NCBI GenBank assembly: GCA_964293055.1
Contig: CAXYYI010000001.1
Location: 1-30,729, forward strand
Direction of reading: 5' to 3'
Length of the DNA: 30,729 bases
Origin: an uncultured bacterium
Lineage (GTDB): Bacteria; Patescibacteriota; Gracilibacteria; Absconditabacterales; Absconditicoccaceae
How positions within the stretch are numbered: position 1 is the stretch's first letter; each line of letters starts with the position of its first letter. The position numbers and the translations under genes were made by a program. Positions 1 to 11,192 of the stretch are shown in pieces. The notes beneath the pieces are model-generated. The model was not told where the DNA came from, ran no database searches, and worked only from the letters and a program-made list of their open reading frames with translations.

Positions 1-665
1 ACTCATAGATCGACAATATGACATACTTCATGTGTGAAAATTTCCCGAAATTCTTGGACTGATACTATGGCTTGTGTGTGAATAGTAATTGTCTTACTTC
101 ATCACCATCATCTACGTTCTCATGATATAGGAGAGAGTGTAATAGAAAATAATGTATCTGTGAGTTTTTTAATATCTGGAAGTGCTGTTTTAAGTCAATG
201 TAATACTTGTAAGATGCTTGTATAGTATTGCGTTTTTTGTTTCGTTGTATACCCATCTATAAAACGGATTTTTTCGCAGACTCATAGAGTAGTACAAGTT
301 ATTGTGCTATTACTTATTGAGGTATTTGATTTGATGATAGTTGGTTTTTTATTTATCTTTTGCTGATTTGTTGTTATAGTGGTGCTTGTTGGAGAATTTT
401 GCGGCGTAGGATTATTGTAAGATGTTTCTGTAGTATTATTGTTACCAATTTGTGTTGCTCCATTGATAAATACCACAGGTAAATTATTTATAATACTATT
501 TGGTGCGCTATATAACTTATTTGTCACAGTATTGTCTTCTTGTGCGTTACTTCCTTGAGAACCAGTTAGTGCAGGGAAAGCTAAAACAATACTAAAAAAT
601 AAAATAGCATAAACTATACTTAGTGAGAGGATTTTTTTACGCTTTTGTATGTTGGTAACTTGCAT
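1..665 (-). CDS. Membrane-anchored putative zinc metallopeptidase (HExxH); 3' end runs off the window
   Basis: ORF 282..674 continues through TGA (Gly) at 282-284 to the window edge with no TAA/TAG. It has an N-terminal basic stretch plus TM helix and a Thr/Asn-rich linker, then ...ERRGWGGSKTITIHT...EIFTHEVCHIVDLG (HExxH at 18-32). Start ATG at 665 is preferred over TTG at 674. Confidence 0.6.
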
Positions 666-2670
666 AATACTCAATATCAGTAAATGGATTAATTGTAGAA
701 TTACTACTAATTATATCTAAAGCGCCTATAGAGTCAAATTCTAGACTATGTGCTATACATTGCATACAGAAATTGTACGATCATATAAGTACATAAGCCG
801 TTTTTCATAATGTTTGTTGGATTATTTTTCACGCTCATCAGGTAATGTGTTCTGCAGCCAAAAAACAGTCTTTATATGCACTGCTTTTATGAAGTGAAAC
901 AATGAGTTGTTGTGCAGCCTGCTTAGAAGGTGCTATAATACATAATTTAGGATTTGATCAGACAGTTATATCTTTTCGTTTTTGTATACTTGTACGTTGA
1001 ATAAGGTCTCAAGGCAGAGTAGCTAGTGTCGGTATTTTTGTGTCTAATGCAGAAAAATATGATACATTATATCTATCAAAAAAAATGTGTATATCATCTC
1101 GTGTGGTATATGAGTCTTCTGGTTGTAATATAAACCATTCTTGTCGTTGAGCTCGTTTACGTTGGATTATAACTGGATTATCCAGTAGTGTCGCAATATG
1201 ATTATAGTGCTTTTCTAAAAGTACTATATCTTGTGTATCATAAAATGTATGACATGCATTCAAATAACTTTCTATATGACGTCGCATACTCATTGACTTA
1301 TAAAAGTATGTACTTTCATTAATTGATAACAATGATACATTCTCAGTTTGTGCATCAAGACATAATTTTGCAGCTTCTCATCAAAAAATTCATAGAAAAA
1401 TATAATATGTATCACGCATGTGATCAAGGATATCTGTTTTTACTCATAGTAATTCATACTTGTATACAAAAGCATCAAGTAGCGTCGCAAGTTCATAAAG
1501 ATCATATCATTTGTATTTTCGTCTTTTCCAGTTATCAAATAATCGTTCTTTATCTCGCATAATAATATGTTGTTCTGGTGGGATATTCCCTTGATCAACT
1601 GCTTCAAAAAGATCAGTATGTGTATATATTTTTTTTCTAATATCACGATGTATTTGCAAACGCATCGCATGCGTGAAGAGTATATCATTATTATTGATGA
1701 TCTGATACGAACTGTGATTCTCTTGTGTATGCAATATATATTTTATAGCACAATATCGTTCTCGCAGAAGATAAGATTGCTTTGTGAAAAAATGATGAAA
1801 CGTTTGAGAGTCGAATGCTATTTGTTCATGAAGTGGTGTCATAACTCATAATTTTGCAAGTCTCTTTTGCGCTAATAGAACTTTGGGATGGTGAGAAAAT
1901 GCTAAACATTGATAATCAATTTGTATATTTTTGAGAATAGTCTCAAAATAGCTATTACCAATATATCGTTGTCATATAGGAAATGACTTTGTATCAACTA
2001 TTTTTCTTATTTGTTGTACTGGAGCACTGAGTAATGGAATCTCTTTGAGCAGATGAATTGTATCATTTTTATATGATAGACACAATGGTAATCAAACATT
2101 AGTGCGTTTACATATTTCCCACAAGTAAGGAAACCCATAGAGTATACTTTCTAATTTTTTTGTTAACTGAAAAAAAATAGCACCTGTAAGAATACTATCA
2201 CCGAGTGCATCATGAAATTGTACTGTTGGTGGTGTAGATAGTATATTTTTTCATAATATCTCTAGTGCATAACTAGGAAGATATGGATAGAGTGATTGTG
2301 ATAATGGAAACGTATCTATAGATGTATACATATCATATTTACCATAGCGTTGTATCATAGCAATATCAAAATCGACAGAGTGTCATATGACAACACTGGT
2401 TGGTCCAAAAAAAGCCTCTATTTTATCTGCTATATCTCACCAGCTTGGCGCAGTTTCTAGCGCTTCTATGCTGATTCCTGTGATCATACCGACAACATCA
2501 TGCAGTTTTTCAGTATTAGTTGGTTTGATGTATGAAGAAAATTGCTGTACAATATCTCCTTGTGCAGTATATTCAACAATTCAAATTTGTATAATTTCAT
2601 CATGTTTTCTGTCCAAACCTGTTGTTTCTACATCAAACACTATATATCTTATATTATCACGTAGTATCAT
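637..2670 (-). CDS. DEDDh 3'-5' exonuclease (DnaQ/epsilon-like) fused to a degenerate DinG-like region, 677 aa
   Basis: A single frame joins track ORFs 1507..1842 and 1009..1332 when TGA=Gly, ending at TAA 637-639. Motifs: ExoI VFDVETTGLD, ExoII VIGHSVDFD, ExoIII FHDALGDS. The DinG-likeness of the C-terminal part is only an inference from architecture and weak motifs. Confidence 0.75.
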
Positions 2671-2761
2671 ATATATACCATAGTGTTCTCCTTATCAGAT
2701 GCAATCAGAAATCATGAAAGATTCAATTGAAAAACACATAATAAACACTACAGTATCAGGC

Positions 2762-4534
2762 ATGACAATTCGTATTCTTCCTGATTATATTATCAATAAA
2801 TTGAAAGCTGGAGAGATTGTAGAAAGACCAGCGAGTATATGTAAAGAACTTATTGAAAATGCGCTTGATGCGCACGCTTCTCATATTGTTTTAAGTGTAA
2901 ATGGATGAGGTAAAGATCGTATCCAACTTGATGATGATGGAGTAGGTATTGCACAAGATGATATTCCACTTGTTTTGACAAGATATGCAACAAGTAAAAT
3001 ACAAGATGAAGATGATTTATATGCATTATCATCATATGGATTTCGTTGAGAAGCGCTTGCAAGTATTGCCGAAGTTTCACAAGTTACGCTGATTTCAAAG
3101 ACCAACACAGATACAGTTGCAACAAAATTATCGAATGCTGGTTGAGCTATTTCTATGATTCCCACAACGGTTGCAGGTATACAGTGAACAACAATTATTA
3201 TAGAAAATCTTTTTTATAATACACCAGTACGTCAAAAATTCTTAAAGTCATCACAAACAGAATACTTCTACTGTTATGATATGTTTTTGGGGTATGCACT
3301 TATGCATTGGGATAAACATTGGGCATTCTATAAGGACAGTAAGCTTATCTATGACCTTCCGGCGTGTCCAGATTTTCTTGAAAGATTTCGCCAACTTTTT
3401 AAAGATGAACGAGTAGATCATATTCGCATCTTAGATTTTGACAATAGTGCCTTGAGATTATATGGTATATTTTCTGATGCTGCGCTGACATTCTGATCAC
3501 CAGAACATATTAAATTATATGTAAATCAACGTCCAGTACAGGATAGAATACTCAAAAAAGCAATTATGCAAGCATATGATAGACAACTTGCTGGAGGCTT
3601 ATATCCTTTAGCATTCTTATTTGTAGATATTGCGCCTGATGCGGTCGATGTCAATGTGCATCCAAGAAAACAGGAAGTGCGTTTTGCTGATCCAGGTTCT
3701 CTATACCAATGTGTCTTGCAGGCTATTCGTCAAACACTTGGAGATCAAAAAATTATGCAGGTTGATGCAACACAACTACAACAATTAGCATCTTCATCAT
3801 TTACGCATCACTCTTTGTATAAAGATACTGGTACGTGAGCAAGCAGTTTTACCAATACTTTTGCGAACACACCGTTGCCATTTGCGTATCAACCACATGT
3901 TACTATAGACTCAGCAACTGCTAGTGGTGATGCTCTTATTGTAGAGCAATATACAACAGGTTCTGCGCTACCAACACAGTGGCGTGTTATTTGACAGTTG
4001 TGGGATATGTATATTCTTTTGGAAGATAATGATTATCTCTATATTGTTGATCAACATGCTCTTGCAGAGAGAATTGCTTATGAACGTATGAAACAACAAG
4101 CAGTCACAAATACGACAGTACATACACTATTGCAACCAGTATGAGTCCATGTTTCTCCATGATTTTTGGTGACACAATATGAAGAAGTTTTACAAACATT
4201 GTGATTTGATATTGGTGTCTTATCTGATACACAAATTGCTATTTATTGAGTACCATCATTTTTTGCAGAGTATACTGATGATCTAGAAAATATTGTCCGT
4301 ATTATTATGACAGTAGATAATCCACAATATGATCAGATAGCTGATGCAATTTTTGCGCAAAAAGCTTGTAAGGCATCAATCAAAGCATGACAACGTCTTC
4401 ATCCACAGGAAATGCAATCACTGATTACGCAGTGATTAGAAACAATTCCATGAATGTTTGTTTGTCAGCATGGTAGACCATTTATGTGGCGTTTCGACAA
4501 ATCTGATATGGATAAAATTTTTGATAGAGTGTAA
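2762..4534 (+). CDS. mutL: DNA mismatch repair endonuclease MutL, 590 aa
   Basis: [35 protein letters not shown]; YGFR(TGA=G)EALASI; [14 protein letters not shown]; [12 protein letters not shown]; ACKASIKAG; CQHGRP. Frame is open to TAA 4532-4534 with TGA=Gly. Confidence 0.97.
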
Positions 4535-4586
4535 AAATCGATGATTATATATATTATATAATATTGCTAACAAAAGATAGTATAAT

Positions 4587-4697
4587 GATATGAAACAAAT
4601 GATACGCCTCGAGGAGCGTTGCGGAAAAAATCTAAATAAGCCATTATATTCACTTGCCCTGCAAATTCTCTCGGCTTTATCATTTGTATTTCATATC
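4587..4697. ncRNA. 111-nt imperfect long hairpin between convergent genes (candidate small RNA or miniature element)
   Basis: GATATGAAA-CAAATGATA (4587-4604) pairs with TATCATTTG-TA-TTTCATATC (4678-4697). Inner helices: GCC/GGC, GAG(G)AG/CTCTC, TTGCGG/CTGCAA. A TATAAT lies immediately 5' at 4581-4586. Confidence 0.4.
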
Positions 4698-4721
4698 TAA
4701 GTTAATAATACCTATTATCTT

Positions 4722-5525
4722 TTACTCCAAGAAATTTGTTATTGCAGAACAGAGCTCAACAGTTCTTATAGTATCAAAAATGTAATCGACTCTACTACAG
4801 AAACGTAGTTCTTTTGCATCATTTGTTCCACAACCAGCAGAGTCTCAGTTTGCACAATTTAATAAAGCTCATCAAGGGATTGCATCATTTTTATTGTATA
4901 ATCAAACAATATTTATACCTCTTCGATATCTTCCATATCTTGTTTGAAATTCTGGAGTTCCGCTTGTGAAATTACTACAGTGATCCCATGTTTCTCCTTG
5001 GAGACACATTCTGAAGGGTATAGAGTCTCACTCTATCCCAGTATTTTCATTGTATGATACAACACGAAGTTCGCTATTGATTCATGAAAGTACACGAGCC
5101 CCAGTTGCATAATATGGATCACTCTCATTCATCTTCGAAAGGATGGTCCAAGAAGTACCAATTCAATCTGGAGTAATTCGTGAAATATTTTCACAATCTG
5201 TAACTCAAGCATTTGGTCTACTAGCCAACCAGCATTGATCTTTTTTACTTGCAAACATTTTCCAGTTTGTATCTCTTATGTTGTATACATATTCTACTCA
5301 CTCTCTTGCAAGATTGATTGCAACAATTTGTGATTTTGTTGAATTAGTTAGTTTTGTCGCATATTGTAAGATGCCAATTACCGAAATAAGTCCAACTCAA
5401 ATGACAAGCATCCCAATTACAATCTCGATTAGTGTAAAAGCTTTTTTTTGTAGAGAAACACTACTATTTACAAGAGAAATATAGTTTATTAGTTTAGCGT
5501 TCTGGGGTTGAGTTGATTGTTGCAT
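4722..5525 (-). CDS. Type IV pilin-like protein with prepilin N-methylation motif, 267 aa
   Basis: QKKAFTLIEIVIGMLVIGVGLISVIGIL (class III signal peptide plus hydrophobic helix) and a Cys-rich C-terminus ELRFCSRVDY...VELCSAITNFLE. Frame is open with TGA=Gly to TAA 4722-4724. Confidence 0.85.
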
Positions 5526-5611
5526 AATATATGAAATATGAAAACAAAGTTGCAATTACAGTAGGTTTTCGTACAAAAATTGCAATTGTTTTATTTCACA
5601 ATTCTCATCCT

Positions 5612-6190
5612 ATGGCAATACGAGAATATTTCGTTTTGGGAGCAGTGGGTATATTATCTGTTTTTTCTCTAGCAATCTGACTTGAGAAAATGATGAAAAT
5701 TATATTAGGTAACTATCTTTTAACAGCATTGTGCCTCGCACTTAGTCCTACTATAACAGTGTTGACTGGACGAGTTACTGTACAAGCACCAGATGTGCAA
5801 CAGTCTATTTGATTTTTATTCACAAATACAACAATTGTAATATTGGTGGTTTATTTACTTATGCTCATTTTGATTTTTGTCAGATCACGTATTCATATTG
5901 GTATGAATCTCTCTGGTCCAGCAAAAATTGCAATGCTCATACTTGCAATACCAATGACGATTTTAAGTATTATTCTTACGTTAGAAATAGCTGTGTTGTG
6001 ACTCCAAGCCTTTGATATGATAGCTCTTAAGGTATTGGCATCTTCGATGCCGGTTTCATTGATATATAAGCAGTTTGTTATGTATACACCTGTGATAATT
6101 GCTATTCATGCTGTAATTACTGTTCTTATGTTATCAAACATATCACTTCTTCCTAAAAAATGAGGTGGATTTGTTGGAGTAGAGGAGTAA
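5612..6190 (+). CDS. Hypothetical multi-pass membrane protein, 192 aa
   Basis: Open frame ATG 5612 to TAA 6188-6190 with TGA=Gly; about 5 hydrophobic segments. Confidence 0.7.
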
Positions 6191-6269
6191 ATAAGGTTGC
6201 AATTTAAGGAGTATTTTATATTATAGACAGATAAGTTCTTAGTGTTTTTATATCATTTTGTGTACAGAT

Positions 6270-6788
6270 ATGTCTCAAACAATGCTTCAAAAAACTCTTG
6301 TTGTACTCAAACCAGATGCAGTAAAAAGAGGTCTTATTGGTGAAATTATTAGTCGTTTTGAAAAGGTTGGACTACATCTTGTTGCTATGAAAATGGTATG
6401 GGTGGATGATGAACTCGCTCACAAACACTATGAAGGTATTGGTACTATGATCACTCGTTATGGTCAAGAAATCTTTTCAATCAATGCTGACTATATGAAA
6501 TCAGGACCAGTTATTGCTATGATTTGGGAAGGTATGGACTCTATCGAAGTAGTGAGAAAAATGGTAGGTTCTACAGAACCTAAAGCATCACTTCCAGGGA
6601 CTATTAGAGGAGATTATGCTCACAATAATTATGGATATGCAAATGCTCAAGGAGCTTGGCTTACAAACCTTATTCATGCTTCTGCAAATGCTGAAGAAGC
6701 AGCAGATGAAACTGCATTATGGTTTGGTAGTGAAGAAATGCATGATCATGAAATGGTTGGACAACAATTCAAGAGAGGACATAAATAA
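6270..6788 (+). CDS. ndk: Nucleoside diphosphate kinase
   Basis: KTLVVLKPDAVKRGLIGEIISRFE, PGTIRGDY, NLIHAS (catalytic His). Start is ATG 6270 or 6282. Confidence 0.97.
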   Translation: MSQTMLQKTLVVLKPDAVKRGLIGEIISRFEKVGLHLVAMKMVWVDDELAHKHYEGIGTMITRYGQEIFSINADYMKSGPVIAMIWEGMDSIEVVRKMVGSTEPKASLPGTIRGDYAHNNYGYANAQGAWLTNLIHASANAEEAADETALWFGSEEMHDHEMVGQQFKRGHK

Positions 6789-6812
6789 TTTAAAAGAATA
6801 CATCTGACATCT

Positions 6813-6885
6813 CCCATTACGCTGATACTTATTGGTGTGATGGGCATTGTCACATGTGTGACAAAAGCTACGTATCGAGCGTGGC
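6813..6885 (+). promoter_or_regulatory. Three-hairpin structured leader upstream of rpmE (candidate r-protein leader)
   Basis: Hairpins at 6813-6844 (about 15 bp with G-U pairs), 6847-6864 (TTGTCAC/GTGACAA) and 6867-6885 (GCTACG/CGTGGC), ending 23 nt before the rpmE ATG. Confidence 0.4.
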
Positions 6886-6908
6886 ATTTACATCGTATAT
6901 ATACTATT

Positions 6909-7136
6909 ATGAAACAAGGAATTCATCCACAATACCACAGAGACGTGGTAGTAAACTGTATCTGTGATAATACATTTACAATTGCATCAACTATGCCAGG
7001 ACCTATCAAGGTAGAAAGTTGTCCAGCTTGTCATCAAGCATATAACAAAGGACTTCAAGTAAAACAAATCTCTAAAGGTCGTATGGAAAAATTTGCAGAA
7101 AAAATGAAGAGAATTGAAGCTGCAAAGAAAGCATAA
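6909..7136 (+). CDS. rpmE: 50S ribosomal protein L31 (Zn-binding C+ type)
   Basis: MKQGIHPQYH..VNCIC..IKVESCPACHQAY..GRMEKF. Confidence 0.95.
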   Translation: MKQGIHPQYHRDVVVNCICDNTFTIASTMPGPIKVESCPACHQAYNKGLQVKQISKGRMEKFAEKMKRIEAAKKA

Positions 7137-7216
7137 TTCCAAAAGGTATTATTGGAGCAAACAATACTCTTATATATTATAAAATAACTTATTCTTATTT
7201 CTTATATATAATTTAG

Positions 7217-7843
7217 ATGTTGTGGAGAACATATCTACTAAACCGTTTGGTATGACAGCGCGACATCATATATATGATTGGAAGACATCCGGTGGTATAC
7301 GCAAAAGTAGTAATACAGTATATCGCCGTTTTTGCATTATTATTTTTCTTGCGAAGAGTAATACGTGTGCGAATACCAGGAGATCTAGCAGTTATTGTAT
7401 TTGGTAGTGTTATTGGTATTATATATCTCGTTGGAGTTTACATGATATTACGTTCATATTTTGATGTAATGGTCGCAACTAAAACACATTTGTATATTGT
7501 ACTGTGGGATTCATTCTTTAAGTATCATATCAAAATTATTACTCGATCATCAATTCAGGATATTTCGTTTTTACCAGCATCAGGATTGTCTGTCTTACGA
7601 AAAGACTCAAATATAACTATTGCAACTGAGCAAGATGATATGATTTCTTTTGATCATGTCTATCAAGCAGATCAAGTTGTTAGAAATCTATATGATATTC
7701 GTTCTGAATACACTCATCCAGAAGTTGAAGAAGATACTGAACAGCATGATGATGAAGGAAATACAACGGATGATGAGAAATTTAAGATACTTGTAGAGAC
7801 ATTAGGTGAAGTTATTGTTGATTATATGAAGAAAAAAGAGTAG
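7217..7843 (+). CDS. Membrane protein with possible bacterial PH-like domain and acidic tail, 208 aa
   Basis: Track ORF 7274..7843 extends upstream through a TGA to ATG 7217. Two TM helices, then SSIQDISF...NITIATE..ISFDHVYQADQV, a YdbT/bPH_2-like pattern (inference). Confidence 0.65.
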
Positions 7844-7944
7844 TATATGTGAAACCGACCATGAGTCGGATACCCGAAGGGTATAATCATTAATATACTC
7901 TTATATCGTTAATAATTTTTTATTCTATCCTTATTAAAAACAGT

Positions 7945-8754
7945 ATGTTTAAAGCATTATGAATGGCATTGGTATATCGTCCGATATTTAATATTTTGAT
8001 TTTGCTCCTCTTAGCATTTCAGTGAAATTTGGGATGGTCTATTATAGTTTTGACTCTGATTATTAGAGGTTTATTGTGGAATACAACAAAACAACAATCT
8101 GCTATGCAACAAGGTATGGGAGATATGCAGACAAAACTCAAAGAGCTTGAAGAAAAATATAAAGATGATCCACAGACTCTTGCACAAGAGTCTGTGAAAA
8201 TTATGAAAACTGGTGGTATGGCTCCATTGAAGTGATGTCTTGGATTGCTTGTACAATTACCAATTTTTATTGGTCTGCTTTATGTTATTAGATCATTTGC
8301 ATCAAATCAGGTGGACGCAGGTAGTATATATAGTTTCTTGGTGCCACTTGCAGGGAAATTTACAGATCTTGTAAATGTGAATCATTACTTCTTAGGTATG
8401 GATCTTTTTGCTAATCATAATATAGCACTTACAGTCATTTGATGTATATTTGTCTATGCACAAACAAAACTCACAATGCTTTCGCAAGCGCAACAACCTA
8501 AGGCACAACCTATGATATGACCTGGAGGACAAGCTATGCCAGATATGCAAAAAATGATGTGACCTATGAATCTCTTTATGGTATTTATGATGGGAACATT
8601 TATCTGGTCAACACAAAATGGTGTTGGTCTTTACCTTGTTGTGACGACAATCTTTTCTGTTGTACAATATCTTATTCAAAATCGAGAAGTAGTAAAAATA
8701 GCATGGATCACAAGAGGAGTTGATACAGCAAAAATTGTGAATAAGAAAGGATAA
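7945..8754 (+). CDS. yidC: Membrane protein insertase YidC/Oxa1 (short form), 269 aa
   Basis: GNLGWSIIVLTLIIRGLL..KLKELEEKYKDD..APLKGCLGLLVQLPIFIGL..GVGLYLVVTTIFSVVQY. Joins four track ORFs via TGA=Gly. Confidence 0.92.
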
Positions 8755-8774
8755 AATGTACTATCTAAAAGTAT

Positions 8775-8805
8775 AAAAAAACGCACCAATGAGTGCGTTT
8801 TTTTT
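8775..8805. terminator. Bidirectional intrinsic terminator
   Basis: A7-CGCAC-caatga-GTGCG-T8 between convergent yidC and the thioredoxin-fold gene. Confidence 0.85.
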
Positions 8806-8822
8806 AGATTATATTTTTATTA

Positions 8823-9368
8823 TTACTCTTTCATTGCTTTGACGATTTGTGCTAATGTTGTAATACCAACAGCTCTTCTTGTACGTTCTGTTCATTGGTC
8901 ATCAAGATAGATAAGTGTATTTTGCTGTGTTACTTTGAATGATTCTACTAGTGCTTTGTTTGCTGTATAGTCAATTCTTAGGATAATACTTTTTGCAGGT
9001 ACACGATCAACTCTTGCTTGAATGTCTTTGTCGAGTGCTTGATCTGTTGGGTCCTGTGGGTCGTAAAAGTAAAGAACTACTTGTTTACCATCGCCGAGTG
9101 CTTGTTTTGCTGTTTGTGGGAAAAAGGGCTTATATTCTCCACCACCTTCATAGTCGAATCATGCGATATCTCATGAAGAAATTGTGATATCATTACCAGT
9201 ATTTGTGTCACTACCAGTTTGTGTTTGTCATAGAAGATCAGCAACTGAACCAGAATTTTGTATTACTGGTGGTACAGTAACTTCTTCTTTACCAAATTTT
9301 TGCCATACTACATAGAGCAGTACTGCTAGGATACACAGTAGGAGTGTACTAATAATTGTTCTTTTCAT
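8823..9368 (-). CDS. Membrane-anchored thioredoxin-fold protein lacking CxxC, 181 aa
   Basis: N-terminal TM, low-complexity linker, then GKQVVLYFYDPQDPTDQALDKDI..ILRIDY..LVESFKVTQQNTLIYLD, matching the Trx-like V-L-x-F-x-A-x-W-C-P-x-C and F-x-V-x-x-x-x-T-L patterns. Confidence 0.65.
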
Positions 9369-9473
9369 TGTGTTTTTATGAGTAATAAACTTCTTGTAAT
9401 CTACCTAGTTACCTTGTTATTGCAAGTAAAAAATATAGTATAGTGTAGTTTTAGTTATATATCCTGGTTATTT

Positions 9474-10559
9474 ATGTATCAAAAATATCAATCTCCATCT
9501 ATGAAATACCACAATACTGATAAAAAAACTTTCAAAATAGGAAGATATATTATTTGAGCTCTTATCCTGATAATATTATATAAATTTTTCTTTCCTACAA
9601 CAATTACACCACCAAAAAATATTATCTTGCAAAAATGACAAACAGTGCAACAATTTTTTGCACCATTATCTGTAGCAGAAAGAACTCGTATGAAAATATA
9701 TATGGCAACACATAGTGTTGATACAAAAAATGTCCAAGCAGGTACATATATTTTTTCTTGATCCTATACACCATCTGATTATATCAATACTATTATTGGA
9801 TGACCAACAAATGAGTATATTCGTTATACTATGTTGGAAGGATGGTCGTTGTATGATATAGACGCAGATATGACAAAAAAATGAATTATTACAGCATGAG
9901 AATTTTTAGCAAAGACTGAAGATACATCATATATTCAAAGTCTTACAGCTAAATTCCCATTTCTTCAACAAGAAAAACCATTGACGACCCTTGAATGATT
10001 TCTTTATCCAGATACGTATCATTTATCAAATGATATGAATCCAATAGATGCGCTTGTACAAGTTTCTCTTAAGAGATTTAACGAAAAAATATACTCTCTA
10101 CGAACTTCCCAAAATAGTTCATTTGTTGCAAGAGTACAAACGCAAGGTGTGACACTATCATTTCCATGAGCGCTTGCGCTTGCTTCAGTTATTGAAAAAG
10201 AAGAAAGAAATAATACAGCAAAACCTACTATTGCAGGAATATTTATAAATAGGCTAGCACAAGGAATTCAACTAGGTGCAGATATTACATTATGTTATGG
10301 ACGTCAAGAACCATATGAAACATGTACTCCATCTAAAATCGTAGCATATCTTCGTGATGATACAAATATGTATAATACAAGAATTCATAAATGATTGACT
10401 CCAACACCAATTTCAAGTGTTACGGCAGAGACATTTTCTTCACTTATGAATTATAAAAATACTTCATATTTATTTTACTTACATGATATGAAGTGAAATA
10501 TCTATTATGCAGAAACAAATGCTCAACATGAAGAAAATAAGGCAAAATATTTGCAGTAA
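9474..10559 (+). CDS. mltG: Endolytic transglycosylase MltG (YceG-like), 361 aa
   Basis: TLEGFLYPDTY, LASVIEKEE (catalytic Glu), IAGIFINRL..LGADIT, YNTRIHKGLTPTPIS, YFYYLHD..GNIYYA. Confidence 0.93.
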
Positions 10560-10613
10560 AAATGCACATAAAATTTGATTGACATTTAGCTTTGTATAAG
10601 TACTTTTTGAAGT

Positions 10614-11129
10614 ATGAAAAAACAATCTCACTCATACTGACGATTATCTCATGTACAAGAACATCTTGCAGCTTTTGTTATAGCTACGTTATTTGTCTGA
10701 GGTGTTATTGGTATAGTTGTATATCGTGATGCACTTTTTGCAGATATTACAGGAGCATCACAATCTGCAATAAATACTAATCCAACAACATCACAATTAC
10801 CATTAGTATATAAGATAGCTGATGGATCTTTGCAGATTATAACAACAAAAACGTTTAAGGATGTAAAATCTATGACATTTTTTGTTGTGTTTGACCCAAA
10901 GAATGTCCTCTTACAACTTGAAAAAGCAAGTTCATTATATCAATATACATATGCTCCTGGTATGGAAACTATGGTGCAGATTACACTTATGATAAAAAAT
11001 ACTATTCCTGAAAACACAGTGATTTATACACTACCAGTAAATGGTAGTATTGAAAATGTAACTATCGCAAATGCCGGTATATTATGGCAGGATGATGTAT
11101 TTGAAACACTTGCAATCCAAAAAAAATAA
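10614..11129 (+). CDS. Membrane-anchored protein with possible cohesin-like beta-sandwich, 171 aa
   Basis: Track ORF 10830..11129 extends to ATG 10614 through TGA codons. TM helix, then VKSMTFFVVFDPKNVLL, resembling the cohesin F-x-L-x-YDP pattern (inference). Confidence 0.6.
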
Positions 11130-11192
11130 TCGTTGCCTATGATAGTATTATAATGTTCTTATCTCTCTTCTATTTATACCTCTTGTTGAAAC

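Noticed and set aside
2762-4534. mutL, gpmI, crt genes and others as pseudogenes with premature stops
   Set aside because: All interruptions are TGA at Gly positions and there are no frameshifts; this is recoding, not decay.
4587-4697. SRP (4.5S) RNA assignment
   Set aside because: Length fits, but the conserved domain IV GGAA tetraloop and GCAG internal loop are not visible on either strand; kept only as an unassigned hairpin.
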